From the NCBI GenBank assembly GCA_964291405.2, contig OZ219926.1:64001-128000 (forward strand): 64,000 bases of DNA, in the 5' to 3' direction. Below are positions 37,895-46,768 of the stretch, piece after piece. The position numbers were made by a program, and so were the translations under genes. This stretch comes from Thermodesulfobacteriota bacterium (lineage in GTDB: Bacteria > Desulfobacterota > Binatia > Bin18). Below the pieces are notes generated by a model that saw nothing but the letters and a program-made list of their open reading frames with translations, ran no database searches and had not been told where the DNA came from. The stretch's first letter is position 1; the number at the start of each line of letters is the position of its first letter.

Positions 37895-40345
37895 ATGAAC
37901 CTTCCTTCGCACGCGCAGGTTGTCATTATTGGCGGTGGAATAATTGGTTGCAGTGTGGCCTACCACCTCTGTAAACTTGGCCTGACCGATGTGGTCTTGC
38001 TGGAACGCAAAAGCCTCACCAGCGGCACGACCTGGCATGCTGCTGGCCTAGTGGGGCAATTGCGAGCGACCCAGAATCTGACCAGACTCGCCCAATATAC
38101 GACGACACTCTTGCAGGAACTTGAAGCCGAAACCGGACAAGCAACCGGCTTTAAGCAAACCGGCTCCCTGGCTATTGCTAATAATACCGAGCGTTTTGAG
38201 GAGCTGAAGCGCGGTGCGTCTATGGCAAAATGCTTTGGGCTTGAGGTGGAAGTGATCGGCCCGCGGGAGGCGGCCGAGCTGTGGCCGCTCATGAATGTAA
38301 AAGACCTGGTGGGGGGGGTGTATTTACCGGGTGATGGGCAGACGAACCCAACCGATACCACCCAGGCCTATGCCAAGGGTGCCAAAATGCACGGCGCCCA
38401 GATATTCGAGAACGTGAAGGTGACAGACATTCACCAAAAAGATGGCAGAGCCAGTGGAGTTGCCACCGAATACGGTGACATCCACTCGGAATATGTCGTC
38501 AACTGTGCCGGTATGTGGGCGCGGCAGGTCGGTCGCCTGGCCGGGGTCAGCATTCCCCTTCACGCGGCGGAACACTTTTACGTTGTGACTGAGCCGATTG
38601 CCGGGCTGGCCTCTGGATTACCGACGCTGCGCGACCCTGGGAGTGCGACGTATTTCAAGGAAGAAGTTGGTTGCGTTCTGGCCGGTTTCTTTGAACTCCA
38701 GGCCAAGCCGTGGGGAAGGGGAGGCGAGGCCATTCCGGAAGACTTTGCGTTTGGCACTTTTGGTGAAGACTGGGACCATCTTGAGGATGTGTTCAACCAG
38801 GCGATGCACCGTCTGCCGGCGTTGGAGAACGCGGGGATCAAGCTCTTCCTCAACGGCCCCGAAAGTTTCACCCCGGACGACCGCTACCATTTGGGCGAAG
38901 CGCCCGAGCTCAAGAATTTCTATGTTGCCGCGGGTTTTAACTCCATTGGCATTCAGTCTTCCGGTGGGGCCGGGAAGGTTTTGGCCGAATGGATTGCACA
39001 CGGCTATCCGCCCGTCGATCTGTGGGACGTTGATATTCGACGCAACCGGCCCTTCCAGAACAACCGCCGTTATTTGGAAAAGCGGGTCTCGGAAACCCTG
39101 GGCCTCTTATACGATATGCACTGGCCGTTCCGGCAGTATGAAACAAGCCGTAAGGTGCGTATGTCACCCCTGCACGATCGGCTGGTCGCCCAGGGAGCGT
39201 GTTTCGGGGAGGCCGCTGGCTGGGAGCGGGCAAACTGGTTTGCTCCTCCGGGTGTGGAACCCCGGTATCAATATTCGTACGGCAAACAGAACTGGTTTGC
39301 CTATTCGGCGGCTGAGCACCGAGCCGTGCGTGAGAATGTCGGTCTGTTCGACCAGACCTCTTTCAGCAAGTTTCTCCTCCAGGGGCGGGATGCGCTCAGC
39401 GTGCTGAATCGCCTGTGCGGGAACCAGATTGATGTCGCGCCGGGGAAGGTGGTCTACACTCAAATGCTGAACGAGCGGGGTGGGACCGAGGCCGACGTGA
39501 CCGTCACCCGCGTTGCTCCAGACTGTTTCTACATCGTGGACGCCGCGGCTACGCAGACAAAAACCTTTTCCTATATACAGTCGCATATTGCTGCGGACGA
39601 ATACGCCTTTCTCACCGACGTGACCTCAGCCTACGCCGTGCTGGGTGTCATGGGTCCAAATGCTCGGAGGCTCTTGAGCAGCTTGACCGATGTGGACCTC
39701 TCCAACCAAGCCTTCCCGTTTGCAAGCGCGCAGGAGATCGACTTTGCCGATGCCAGTCTCCGTGCCATCCGTATTACCTATGTGGGCGAGCTGGGCTGGG
39801 AGCTGCATATCCCGACTGAATTTACTCTTTCGGTCTATGACGCGCTGAATCAGGCGGGTCAATCTCTGTCGCTCCAACACTGCGGCTATCACGCGCTCAA
39901 TTCTTTGCGTATAGAAAAAGGCTATCGCCACTGGGGACATGACGTGACCGATGAGGAAACACCGCTCGAAGCAGGACTGGGGTTTGCCGTCCGGCTGAAT
40001 AAAGACCACTTCTTAGGTCGAGCAGTCCTGCTGGAGCAAAAACACAAAGGTGTCAAAAAGCGGCTGGTCCAGTTTGTGTTAGAAGACCCAGAAGCGTTGC
40101 TCTACCACAATGAACCCATTTGGCGGGACAATGAAATTATCGGCTTTATTACCTCCGGGATGTTCGGCCATACCCTGGGCGCGGCCATTGGCCTGGGGTA
40201 TGTCAATCATGCGGATGGCGTTACACCCGAATATATTCAGTCCGGCCGCTATGAAATAGAGGTCGCGGGCAGGCGTATACCAGCTCGGGCTTCGCTGCGT
40301 CCTTTATACGACCCGGAGAACGAACGGATAAAAATGCAGGAATAG
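37895..40345 (+). CDS. GcvT-family FAD-dependent oxidoreductase (dimethylglycine/sarcosine dehydrogenase-like)
   Basis: IIGGGIIG, SGTTWHAAGL, NGPESFTPD, GWERANWF, YVGELGWE, LRIEKGY. Confidence 0.93.
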   Translation: MNLPSHAQVVIIGGGIIGCSVAYHLCKLGLTDVVLLERKSLTSGTTWHAAGLVGQLRATQNLTRLAQYTTTLLQELEAETGQATGFKQTGSLAIANNTERFEELKRGASMAKCFGLEVEVIGPREAAELWPLMNVKDLVGGVYLPGDGQTNPTDTTQAYAKGAKMHGAQIFENVKVTDIHQKDGRASGVATEYGDIHSEYVVNCAGMWARQVGRLAGVSIPLHAAEHFYVVTEPIAGLASGLPTLRDPGSATYFKEEVGCVLAGFFELQAKPWGRGGEAIPEDFAFGTFGEDWDHLEDVFNQAMHRLPALENAGIKLFLNGPESFTPDDRYHLGEAPELKNFYVAAGFNSIGIQSSGGAGKVLAEWIAHGYPPVDLWDVDIRRNRPFQNNRRYLEKRVSETLGLLYDMHWPFRQYETSRKVRMSPLHDRLVAQGACFGEAAGWERANWFAPPGVEPRYQYSYGKQNWFAYSAAEHRAVRENVGLFDQTSFSKFLLQGRDALSVLNRLCGNQIDVAPGKVVYTQMLNERGGTEADVTVTRVAPDCFYIVDAAATQTKTFSYIQSHIAADEYAFLTDVTSAYAVLGVMGPNARRLLSSLTDVDLSNQAFPFASAQEIDFADASLRAIRITYVGELGWELHIPTEFTLSVYDALNQAGQSLSLQHCGYHALNSLRIEKGYRHWGHDVTDEETPLEAGLGFAVRLNKDHFLGRAVLLEQKHKGVKKRLVQFVLEDPEALLYHNEPIWRDNEIIGFITSGMFGHTLGAAIGLGYVNHADGVTPEYIQSGRYEIEVAGRRIPARASLRPLYDPENERIKMQE

Positions 40346-40385
40346 TTTTTTCCCTCCTCCAGGGGAGAGGGGCTCCCTACGCCGA

Positions 40386-40440
40386 AAAGAGTAAACGTGT
40401 CCTCCCATAGACAGGCAGATGCTGGACACGTCTACTCTTT
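40386..40440 (-). repeat. Dispersed hairpin element, copy 4 (overlaps stop of CoxG-like gene)
   Basis: AAAGAGTAAACGTGTCC-TCCCATAGACAGGCAGATGCT-GGACACGTCTACTCTTT. Confidence 0.9.
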
Positions 40441-40881
40441 GAAATGTTTTGCAACGTTCCGGGCGAACTCGGCCACGATTTTATCCGCCTTCTTTCGAAT
40501 CACGGGCTGGCCGAACTCGCCAAGTTTGCCCATGAGCCGGGCTTCGGTCTGGATGGACAGTTGGGTCTGCGCCTCTTCCTGTTCGACTAAAATCAACTCG
40601 GCACTGATATGGACGCCGCCGCCAATGCGGCGGTCGTTTGCTTCCGCTCTGCCAACGGCCCGCCAATTTGTTTGATCGAGTTCCTGTATGCTCAGCTCGC
40701 CCTGTAAGGTGAGTCGAATAGGGCCGAATGTCACTTTCATCCGGCCCGCATATTGATCCTCACCGGTAGCGACAACCTCACTCACCCCAGGCACACAGGG
40801 CGCCATTTGAGGAACGTCCATGAGAAAATTCCACAGGGTTTCGCGCGCGACCGGGACCGTACAGCTATGCTCGAAATTCAT
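40432..40881 (-). CDS. CoxG/SRPBCC family protein
   Basis: WNFLMD...APCVPG, GKLGEFG.PVI. Confidence 0.88.
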   Translation of the reverse strand: MNFEHSCTVPVARETLWNFLMDVPQMAPCVPGVSEVVATGEDQYAGRMKVTFGPIRLTLQGELSIQELDQTNWRAVGRAEANDRRIGGGVHISAELILVEQEEAQTQLSIQTEARLMGKLGEFGQPVIRKKADKIVAEFARNVAKHFKE

Positions 40882-41762
40882 ACGCTCCCTCTCGCTTCTT
40901 GAGCTCGTGTGACTGCCTGTTCGACGGCCCGCTGGGTAAAGACGACGGCCATGTCGCGCTTGTATTCCGCCGAGCCGCGAAAGTCCGCGAGAGGGTCAAT
41001 CTCTTCCGTAACAAGAGCGGTCGCGTCACGAATAACCTGAGGGGTCAACGGCTGGCCTTGGAGGGCTGTTTCAACTGCCCGTGCCCGGAGTGGGGTTGCC
41101 GCGGCGGCACCCAAGGCGATACGGGCCTGAGCAATAGTGTCGCCGTCTAAGGAGATTCGTGCGGCAACGGCAATAGTTGCGTAATCGTCATGCGTTTGGG
41201 GCAGGAATTTAAGGAAAGCAGTTCCCACGCCGGTGGGTTGGGGCGGGATGATAACGGTGGTGATGAGTTCTTCAGGTTCGAGCGCGGTTTCATAATAATC
41301 GACAAAAAAGTCGCTCAGCTCAATTTCCCGCTCGCCGCGACTCGATTGGACTCGAATCCGCGCGTCCAGGACCAGCAACGCGGGAGGTGGGTCCTGATTT
41401 GGGTCGGCATGCGCCAGCGAGCCGCCAATGGTTGCAGCCGTCCGAATACGGACGCTGGCCACATGCTGAAAGGTCGTAGCCAAAAGGGGAAGGCGGTGCT
41501 GAATCAAGGCCGAGGTTTCTATGGCCCGGTGCGAACACAGCGACCCAATCGTGAGGCCGCCGTTGGACTGAATCTCATCGAGCTCCGGATGGCGGGCCAG
41601 TCGGCGGAGACCGATCAGATACGCGGGCTGAACCAGACGCTGTTTCATCAGGTTGACCAGCCCGGTTCCGCCGGCAAGGACCTTGGCGTCCTCGCCGTGC
41701 TGTTCAAGCAGGGCTAAAGCCTCTTCGAGGCTGTCCGGTTCGACATATTCAAAGGCAATCAT
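40878..41762 (-). CDS. Xanthine dehydrogenase family FAD-binding (medium) subunit
   Basis: FEYVEPDSLEEA, AGGT, IRTAATIGGSL, DFRGSAEYKR. Confidence 0.93.
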   Translation of the reverse strand: MIAFEYVEPDSLEEALALLEQHGEDAKVLAGGTGLVNLMKQRLVQPAYLIGLRRLARHPELDEIQSNGGLTIGSLCSHRAIETSALIQHRLPLLATTFQHVASVRIRTAATIGGSLAHADPNQDPPPALLVLDARIRVQSSRGEREIELSDFFVDYYETALEPEELITTVIIPPQPTGVGTAFLKFLPQTHDDYATIAVAARISLDGDTIAQARIALGAAAATPLRARAVETALQGQPLTPQVIRDATALVTEEIDPLADFRGSAEYKRDMAVVFTQRAVEQAVTRAQEARGSV

Positions 41763-42229
41763 GTCGTGACCTTTCCGTCCGCCACCGCCTGGATCGATGC
41801 GATGATTTTGTAATAGCCGGTACAGCGGCACAGATTGCCCATCATCCAGCTTTGAACCTCGTCTTTTGACGGATGCGGGTTTTCGTCCAACAGGGCTTTG
41901 GCCGACATGATCTGACCCGGCGTACAGATGCCGCACTGAAAGCCGCCATAGTCGATAAACGCTTTTTGTAGCGGATGCAGTCTGTCGCCTTCAGCCAGTC
42001 CTTCGATAGTGGTGACTGCGCAGCCGTCTGCCGTGACAGCGAGAGTCAAACAGGAACTGACGGGCTTACCGTCAAGGAGAACGGTGCACGCCCCGCACAC
42101 ACCTACGCTGCAGCCTTCTTTAGTCCCCGTGAGATCAAGCTCGTTGCGTAACAGGTCGATGAGCAGGGTGTTGTCCGGAATGTCTCGCTCAACCGCCTGG
42201 CCGTTTACTCGGAGTCGAATAGATTTCAT
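41759..42229 (-). CDS. Xanthine dehydrogenase family [2Fe-2S] (small) subunit
   Basis: GCSVGVCGACTV, QCGICTPG, NLCRCTGY. Confidence 0.95.
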   Translation of the reverse strand: MKSIRLRVNGQAVERDIPDNTLLIDLLRNELDLTGTKEGCSVGVCGACTVLLDGKPVSSCLTLAVTADGCAVTTIEGLAEGDRLHPLQKAFIDYGGFQCGICTPGQIMSAKALLDENPHPSKDEVQSWMMGNLCRCTGYYKIIASIQAVADGKVTT

Positions 42230-42244
42230 ATTTGGCTGTTTCCT

Positions 42245-44530
42245 CTACCCATTGCTCTTGGCGGTAACGTTTTTTTCTCGAAGGGACGCATACACTTTTT
42301 CTGCGGTCACGGGTAAATCCATCAGACGAACCCCCACCGCATCGAAGACGGCGTTTGCCACCGCGGCTGGTACGGCCACATTGCTGTGTTCACCTATGGC
42401 CTTGCCGGCGTACGGTGCCGGGCCGGCGTCGCTTTCGACCAGAACGGTTTTCAGCTCCGGAATATCCATGCTGGTCGGCAGTTTATAGTCACCCAGATGG
42501 ACATTCGTCACGGCTCCGTCCTGCACAATCAGATGTTCGGTTAGCGCGTGGCCGACCCCTTGGATCGCCCCACCTTCAACTTGTCCCTGGTGGGTGAGCG
42601 GATTGAGAACTGTGCCGACATCGTGTGCCGTCGTGAGTTTCTTCAGGGTCACTTGGCCGGTTGCCGGATCAACTTCGACTTCGGCTATTTGAGCACAGAA
42701 CGAGGTCACATCCACGGGGTCTTCCGCCACATATTCTCCGGTGTAGCGTAACGGCAGCTCTTCCCGGTCGGCGAGTGCGGCCATCAGCGTGGGGAGCGCA
42801 AGGCGCTGTCCGTTCGTATTCACAAACTCACCCGCCTGATATGCGACCTGCTCCCGCGGACTTTCCATGTGCCGCGCCGCAAATGCCGTGAGGCCTTCTT
42901 TTAATTTTTGAACAGCGGCAAGGGTCGCCTGACCGGCCATATGCGTCAGACGGCTTCCCCCAGCGCCCACTTCCCAAGGAGCGGAGTCGGTACTGCCCTG
43001 CACGACCCTGACGGATTCCAAAGGGACCCGTAATTCTTCAGCCACGACCTGCTGCAGAACCGTATACGAGCCGGTACCTGTATCAGCCGCGCCCGTCATG
43101 AGGGTCAGCGTGGCGTCGGCAGCTATGCTCAAGGTTGCGCTCGATGGCCCAAACGCGCCCGGCTCGCGGTCATACATGCCTATGCCGCGCCCTATATTGG
43201 CCGCTTTTTCCGTGTCCCACTTCGCTTCCTTGGCCGCAGCCTCCAGCGTCTCTTTGCAGCGGATCTTCTTCCATTTCTCGCCTAGCGGAGCAGCATCGCC
43301 TTCGACTAACGTGTTGCGGAGCCGAAACTCCAAGGGGTCAAGCCCCAGTTCCTGGGCAATGAGGTCCATATGGCTCTCAACTCCAAAAACGATCTGGGGT
43401 GCGCCCGGTGCGCGCATATGCCCGGCGGGAACGGTGTTGGTGTAGACCCGGAAGACTTCGATCTCGACATTGGGCATCCGATACGGACCAGCGGCGTGAA
43501 CACTGCCGTGCACGGTATGCAGGGGCGTGAATGCGCTATAGGCACCGCAGCTAAAAACCAGCCTGGCCTTGCGGGCAACAATCCGGCCGTTGGCGTCTAC
43601 GCCGGTCCGGAGCGTGATGACCGCCGGATGACGCGGATTACCGGCTAACAGCTCTTCGGTATAGGTCATGACCATTTTTACCGGCCGGCCTGCAGCCGCG
43701 GCCAAGTGATAGCACACAACGCTATCCATCAATGAACCTTTACCGCCAAAATCACCGCCAATGGGTGCAGTGTTGACGCACACATGGTCCTCGGTCACGC
43801 CGAGCGCAGCAGCAAACTGGGCCCGAGCCACAAAGGGGGTCTTATTGGAAATCCACAGATTGACTTTGCCGTCCGGCTCAATCTGGACGACGCTGGCATG
43901 CGGCTCAATGTAGCCCTGATGAACCGGGGGAATGGTAAACGTATGGGTAAACTCGTGGGTGGCGTGGGCAAAGCCGGCTTCAATATCACCGTGGATGTAA
44001 AATACCTGTGACACCACGTTGGGAATGTCGGGGTACAGGCGGTCGTCACCCGGATGAACAAAATCAGGCACCGGCGGATGGGTGTAGGTGCTGGTGTCGA
44101 CATGGACGCGCGGCGCGTCTTGCCGCATGGCCTCGACGGGATCAAAGACTGCGGGCAGGGCTTCATACTCGACTACTATGCGGGTGAGCGCTTCCTCGGC
44201 AATGTCCATGGACTCAGCCGCAACCGCAACCACCTTCTCACCCACAAAACGAACCACATCACGTGCGAGGACGGGCTTGTCCAAAAAGAAGCGACCAATG
44301 CGGCGGTCCGGCAGCTCAGCTCCGGTAATGACCGCGTGGACGCCGGCCAGCGCTTTTGCCTGTGAGGTATCAATCGAGACAATTCGCGCGTGGGGAAACG
44401 GGCTGCGCAGACATTTGCCGTACAGCAAACCGGGCAGCCGAATATCCGCGGTATAGCGGGCCTGTCCGGTTACTTTTGACGGCCCTTCCACATGGCCTGC
44501 CGGTTGTCCAACGCTGGCTAAATTCGCCAT
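42245..44530 (-). CDS. Xanthine dehydrogenase family molybdopterin-binding (large) subunit
   Basis: KVTGQARY, IGGDFGGKG, MRAPG, GQVEGG..QG, KAIGE, ANAVFDA. Confidence 0.93.
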   Translation of the reverse strand: MANLASVGQPAGHVEGPSKVTGQARYTADIRLPGLLYGKCLRSPFPHARIVSIDTSQAKALAGVHAVITGAELPDRRIGRFFLDKPVLARDVVRFVGEKVVAVAAESMDIAEEALTRIVVEYEALPAVFDPVEAMRQDAPRVHVDTSTYTHPPVPDFVHPGDDRLYPDIPNVVSQVFYIHGDIEAGFAHATHEFTHTFTIPPVHQGYIEPHASVVQIEPDGKVNLWISNKTPFVARAQFAAALGVTEDHVCVNTAPIGGDFGGKGSLMDSVVCYHLAAAAGRPVKMVMTYTEELLAGNPRHPAVITLRTGVDANGRIVARKARLVFSCGAYSAFTPLHTVHGSVHAAGPYRMPNVEIEVFRVYTNTVPAGHMRAPGAPQIVFGVESHMDLIAQELGLDPLEFRLRNTLVEGDAAPLGEKWKKIRCKETLEAAAKEAKWDTEKAANIGRGIGMYDREPGAFGPSSATLSIAADATLTLMTGAADTGTGSYTVLQQVVAEELRVPLESVRVVQGSTDSAPWEVGAGGSRLTHMAGQATLAAVQKLKEGLTAFAARHMESPREQVAYQAGEFVNTNGQRLALPTLMAALADREELPLRYTGEYVAEDPVDVTSFCAQIAEVEVDPATGQVTLKKLTTAHDVGTVLNPLTHQGQVEGGAIQGVGHALTEHLIVQDGAVTNVHLGDYKLPTSMDIPELKTVLVESDAGPAPYAGKAIGEHSNVAVPAAVANAVFDAVGVRLMDLPVTAEKVYASLREKNVTAKSNG

Positions 44531-44610
44531 AATGACCTCCACAGTCAGATACTACCCAAAGTACGGATATCGTCATGAATCCTTTTCGCAGTCAAGCGCC
44601 GTGGGCCAGA

Positions 44611-44640
44611 TTGACTTGAAAGGTTGCGGGTCAGTATAGT
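44611..44640 (+). promoter_or_regulatory. Putative sigma70 promoter
   Basis: TTGACT-N18-TATAGT in a divergent intergenic region. Confidence 0.5.
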
Positions 44641-44653
44641 CGCCCTAGGGGAG

Positions 44654-44707
44654 AAAGAGGAATCGTCTCCTCCACTAACGGCGAGACGCGGGAGACGGTT
44701 CCTCTTT
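44654..44707 (-). repeat. Dispersed hairpin element, divergent copy 5
   Basis: AAAGAGGAATCGTCTCC-TCCACTAACGGCGAGACGCG-GGAGACGGTTCCTCTTT; arm substitutions keep pairing. Confidence 0.75.
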
Positions 44708-44724
44708 AGTGTCAGGAGCTCTGC

Positions 44725-45054
44725 ATGTGCCTATGGGAGCGAGTGATTGGGATGCCGAGTTTCGATATTGGAGTTGGACATGGCTCCGCCTATCACCTGG
44801 TTGAAGAAAATATTGCGCGCTATGTGGTCAAGGCATACCGTGGCCGGCCCGAGCGCGCGCTGACGGCCGGCAGCATTGTTCGGCATATTATACAGGAGCT
44901 AGGTATCTCCGGGTTCTGCTTACAACCGGAGCATATCGTGAAGTGGGTCTCGGTGTTTGAAGAACGGACGGGCCGAAAGATTCTTGAAGCGGAGACAGGC
45001 ACGTTTCCGGTACGCTACCGGTGCGTATATCACAAAGACATTCGGATTCTCTGA
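44725..45054 (+). CDS. Hypothetical protein
   Basis: 109-aa ORF with AGGAG RBS downstream of the putative promoter; alternative start 44752. Confidence 0.55.
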   Translation: MCLWERVIGMPSFDIGVGHGSAYHLVEENIARYVVKAYRGRPERALTAGSIVRHIIQELGISGFCLQPEHIVKWVSVFEERTGRKILEAETGTFPVRYRCVYHKDIRIL

Positions 45055-45151
45055 GTAGGTGGGCATATAGCGGGGTGGCTGCCTGCTCCAGTCAAAACGG
45101 CCAAGGGTGTATACCCCTGGCCGTTCTTTTTGCGAGCGGGACGCTGAAAGT

Positions 45152-46330
45152 TCAGGCGTTCAGCTTGACTTCGTCCGCTGCGGTCGGACCTTCGACTCTA
45201 TACAGCTTTTGTCCGTTGTCCCACAGGATCTTACGCCGGACTTCCTCGTCACAATCGTCCAGACCGCTCCTGATACGCTCATGAACCTCGTCGCCGTACA
45301 GCGAGGTCGGATGGGGAAAGTCGGTTTCAAACATGATCCGGTCAGCCCCGACCTTGTCGATCAGACGCCGTGGGGCGATCTGCTCGAACCAGTAGCAGGC
45401 GTAGATATTCCGCGCAAAATACTCGGACGGCAGCATATCCAGGTCGGGCCGTTCTTCCGGGACGCGGTTGCCGAGGAATTGATAATCCAGGGCTTCGAGG
45501 GCAAACGGAATCCAGCCGATCCCGCTCTCAACCGAGACAAATTTAATGCTGGGATAACGGGCCAGGACACCCGAAATGATCAGGTCGCTCAGCTGAATGC
45601 CGTTGCGCATAAAGATATCAACCGAAAGCTCGGCAAACGCCGCCATTTTACCGTAGGTCTTCACCTTGTCGCGCCGCAGTCCGCCATCCATATTGCCGGA
45701 GCCAATATGAAAGCTGATCGGCTGGTCGAGTTCACAGGCAACTTCCCACAACGGATTCCAGTGCGGGTCGCCCAGGAGGGGTTGGCCGAGCGATTGCGGG
45801 TCTCCGGTGAAGAGAATGCCTTTATGACCCATGGCGTGACAGCGCCGGATTTCTTCAACTGCGGCGTCAACATCCCAGAAGGGCGTTGAGGTAATCGGGA
45901 GCAGGCGGCGCGAGTCGGCTGACGCCCATTCGGTCTGCCAATCGTTATACACCTTGACACAGGTGAGCTTGAGGTCGGGGTCTTCGAGGCGGAGAAACTC
46001 CTGGCTGCCAAACCCCCCGACGTTGGGATACATGACCATCGCCCAGATACCCATCTCATCCATGTATTTGAGGCGCTCCTTGGCGTCGAATGCCCCTGGG
46101 TGCATCTCATCATACGACTTGGGCCAGTTGGTCATATCGCCTACCCCCGCGGTGGCGGTCAGTCCCGGATTGGCGATGCGCCGATCGCCGAGGAACCACC
46201 ACTGGCGTCCCCTGGCGTCGAGGTCAACGCGGGGGACCGAGTCTTTGAATTTGTCGGGGACCCGACTGGTCCACAGGTCCGGCGTCTCCGTTACGTGAGT
46301 ATCAACGTCAATGATTGTATAGCCACTCAT
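45152..46330 (-). CDS. Amidohydrolase_2 family protein
   Basis: IDVDTHVTE, YNDW, FHIG, VESGIGW, MFETDFPH. Confidence 0.92.
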   Translation of the reverse strand: MSGYTIIDVDTHVTETPDLWTSRVPDKFKDSVPRVDLDARGRQWWFLGDRRIANPGLTATAGVGDMTNWPKSYDEMHPGAFDAKERLKYMDEMGIWAMVMYPNVGGFGSQEFLRLEDPDLKLTCVKVYNDWQTEWASADSRRLLPITSTPFWDVDAAVEEIRRCHAMGHKGILFTGDPQSLGQPLLGDPHWNPLWEVACELDQPISFHIGSGNMDGGLRRDKVKTYGKMAAFAELSVDIFMRNGIQLSDLIISGVLARYPSIKFVSVESGIGWIPFALEALDYQFLGNRVPEERPDLDMLPSEYFARNIYACYWFEQIAPRRLIDKVGADRIMFETDFPHPTSLYGDEVHERIRSGLDDCDEEVRRKILWDNGQKLYRVEGPTAADEVKLNA

Positions 46331-46503
46331 ATATGTGCCTCCTTCAGCCGCCGTTCTGAGGCCCTAGCGTAGCTGAGGACTTGACAATTGCCAAGTCGGA
46401 CGGCAGGGACTGGTGATTCCGTGACTGGGGTGGTCGTTGTCATCAACCTGTCCGTATATGATACACTGAATTCAGTCGCACCAACGAGGCAAGGGAGGAC
46501 TGC

Positions 46504-46749
46504 ATGGCAACAAAAAAGGATATTGCCCTGGTAAGAGAACTGCGGCCCAGTAACCCAACAGAAGAACAGGTAACAGAAAAGGAGCCCTCTCTGATAGAAA
46601 AATTTCGACTCACGAGCCTGGCAGCGGAATTTGAGCAGCATAGCCAGGCAGAAATCGAACGTTTGGGCAGTGAGAATCCTGATTTTGACGAGCCACTCTA
46701 CCACGAAGCCGTCTCCCTCGTCCTGCGGAAACTCGGCCGACATCGATAA
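46504..46749 (+). CDS. Small hypothetical protein, probably co-transcribed with the SMC-like ATPase
   Basis: GGAGG RBS; 81 aa; 19-nt gap to the next gene. Confidence 0.7.
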   Translation: MATKKDIALVRELRPSNPTEEQVTEKEPSLIEKFRLTSLAAEFEQHSQAEIERLGSENPDFDEPLYHEAVSLVLRKLGRHR

Positions 46750-46768
46750 TTAAGTCAAGGACGCTTTC

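Noticed and set aside
38311-38318. G8 tracts as phase-variation switches (also 1243-1250)
   Set aside because: Short, in frame, and explained by Gly or Pro codons.
40432-44530. Aerobic CO dehydrogenase (coxLSM-G-like cluster)
   Set aside because: The large subunit has GHMRAPG, not the AYxCSFR (form I) or AYRGAGR (form II) loop; called a generic xanthine-oxidase-family enzyme.
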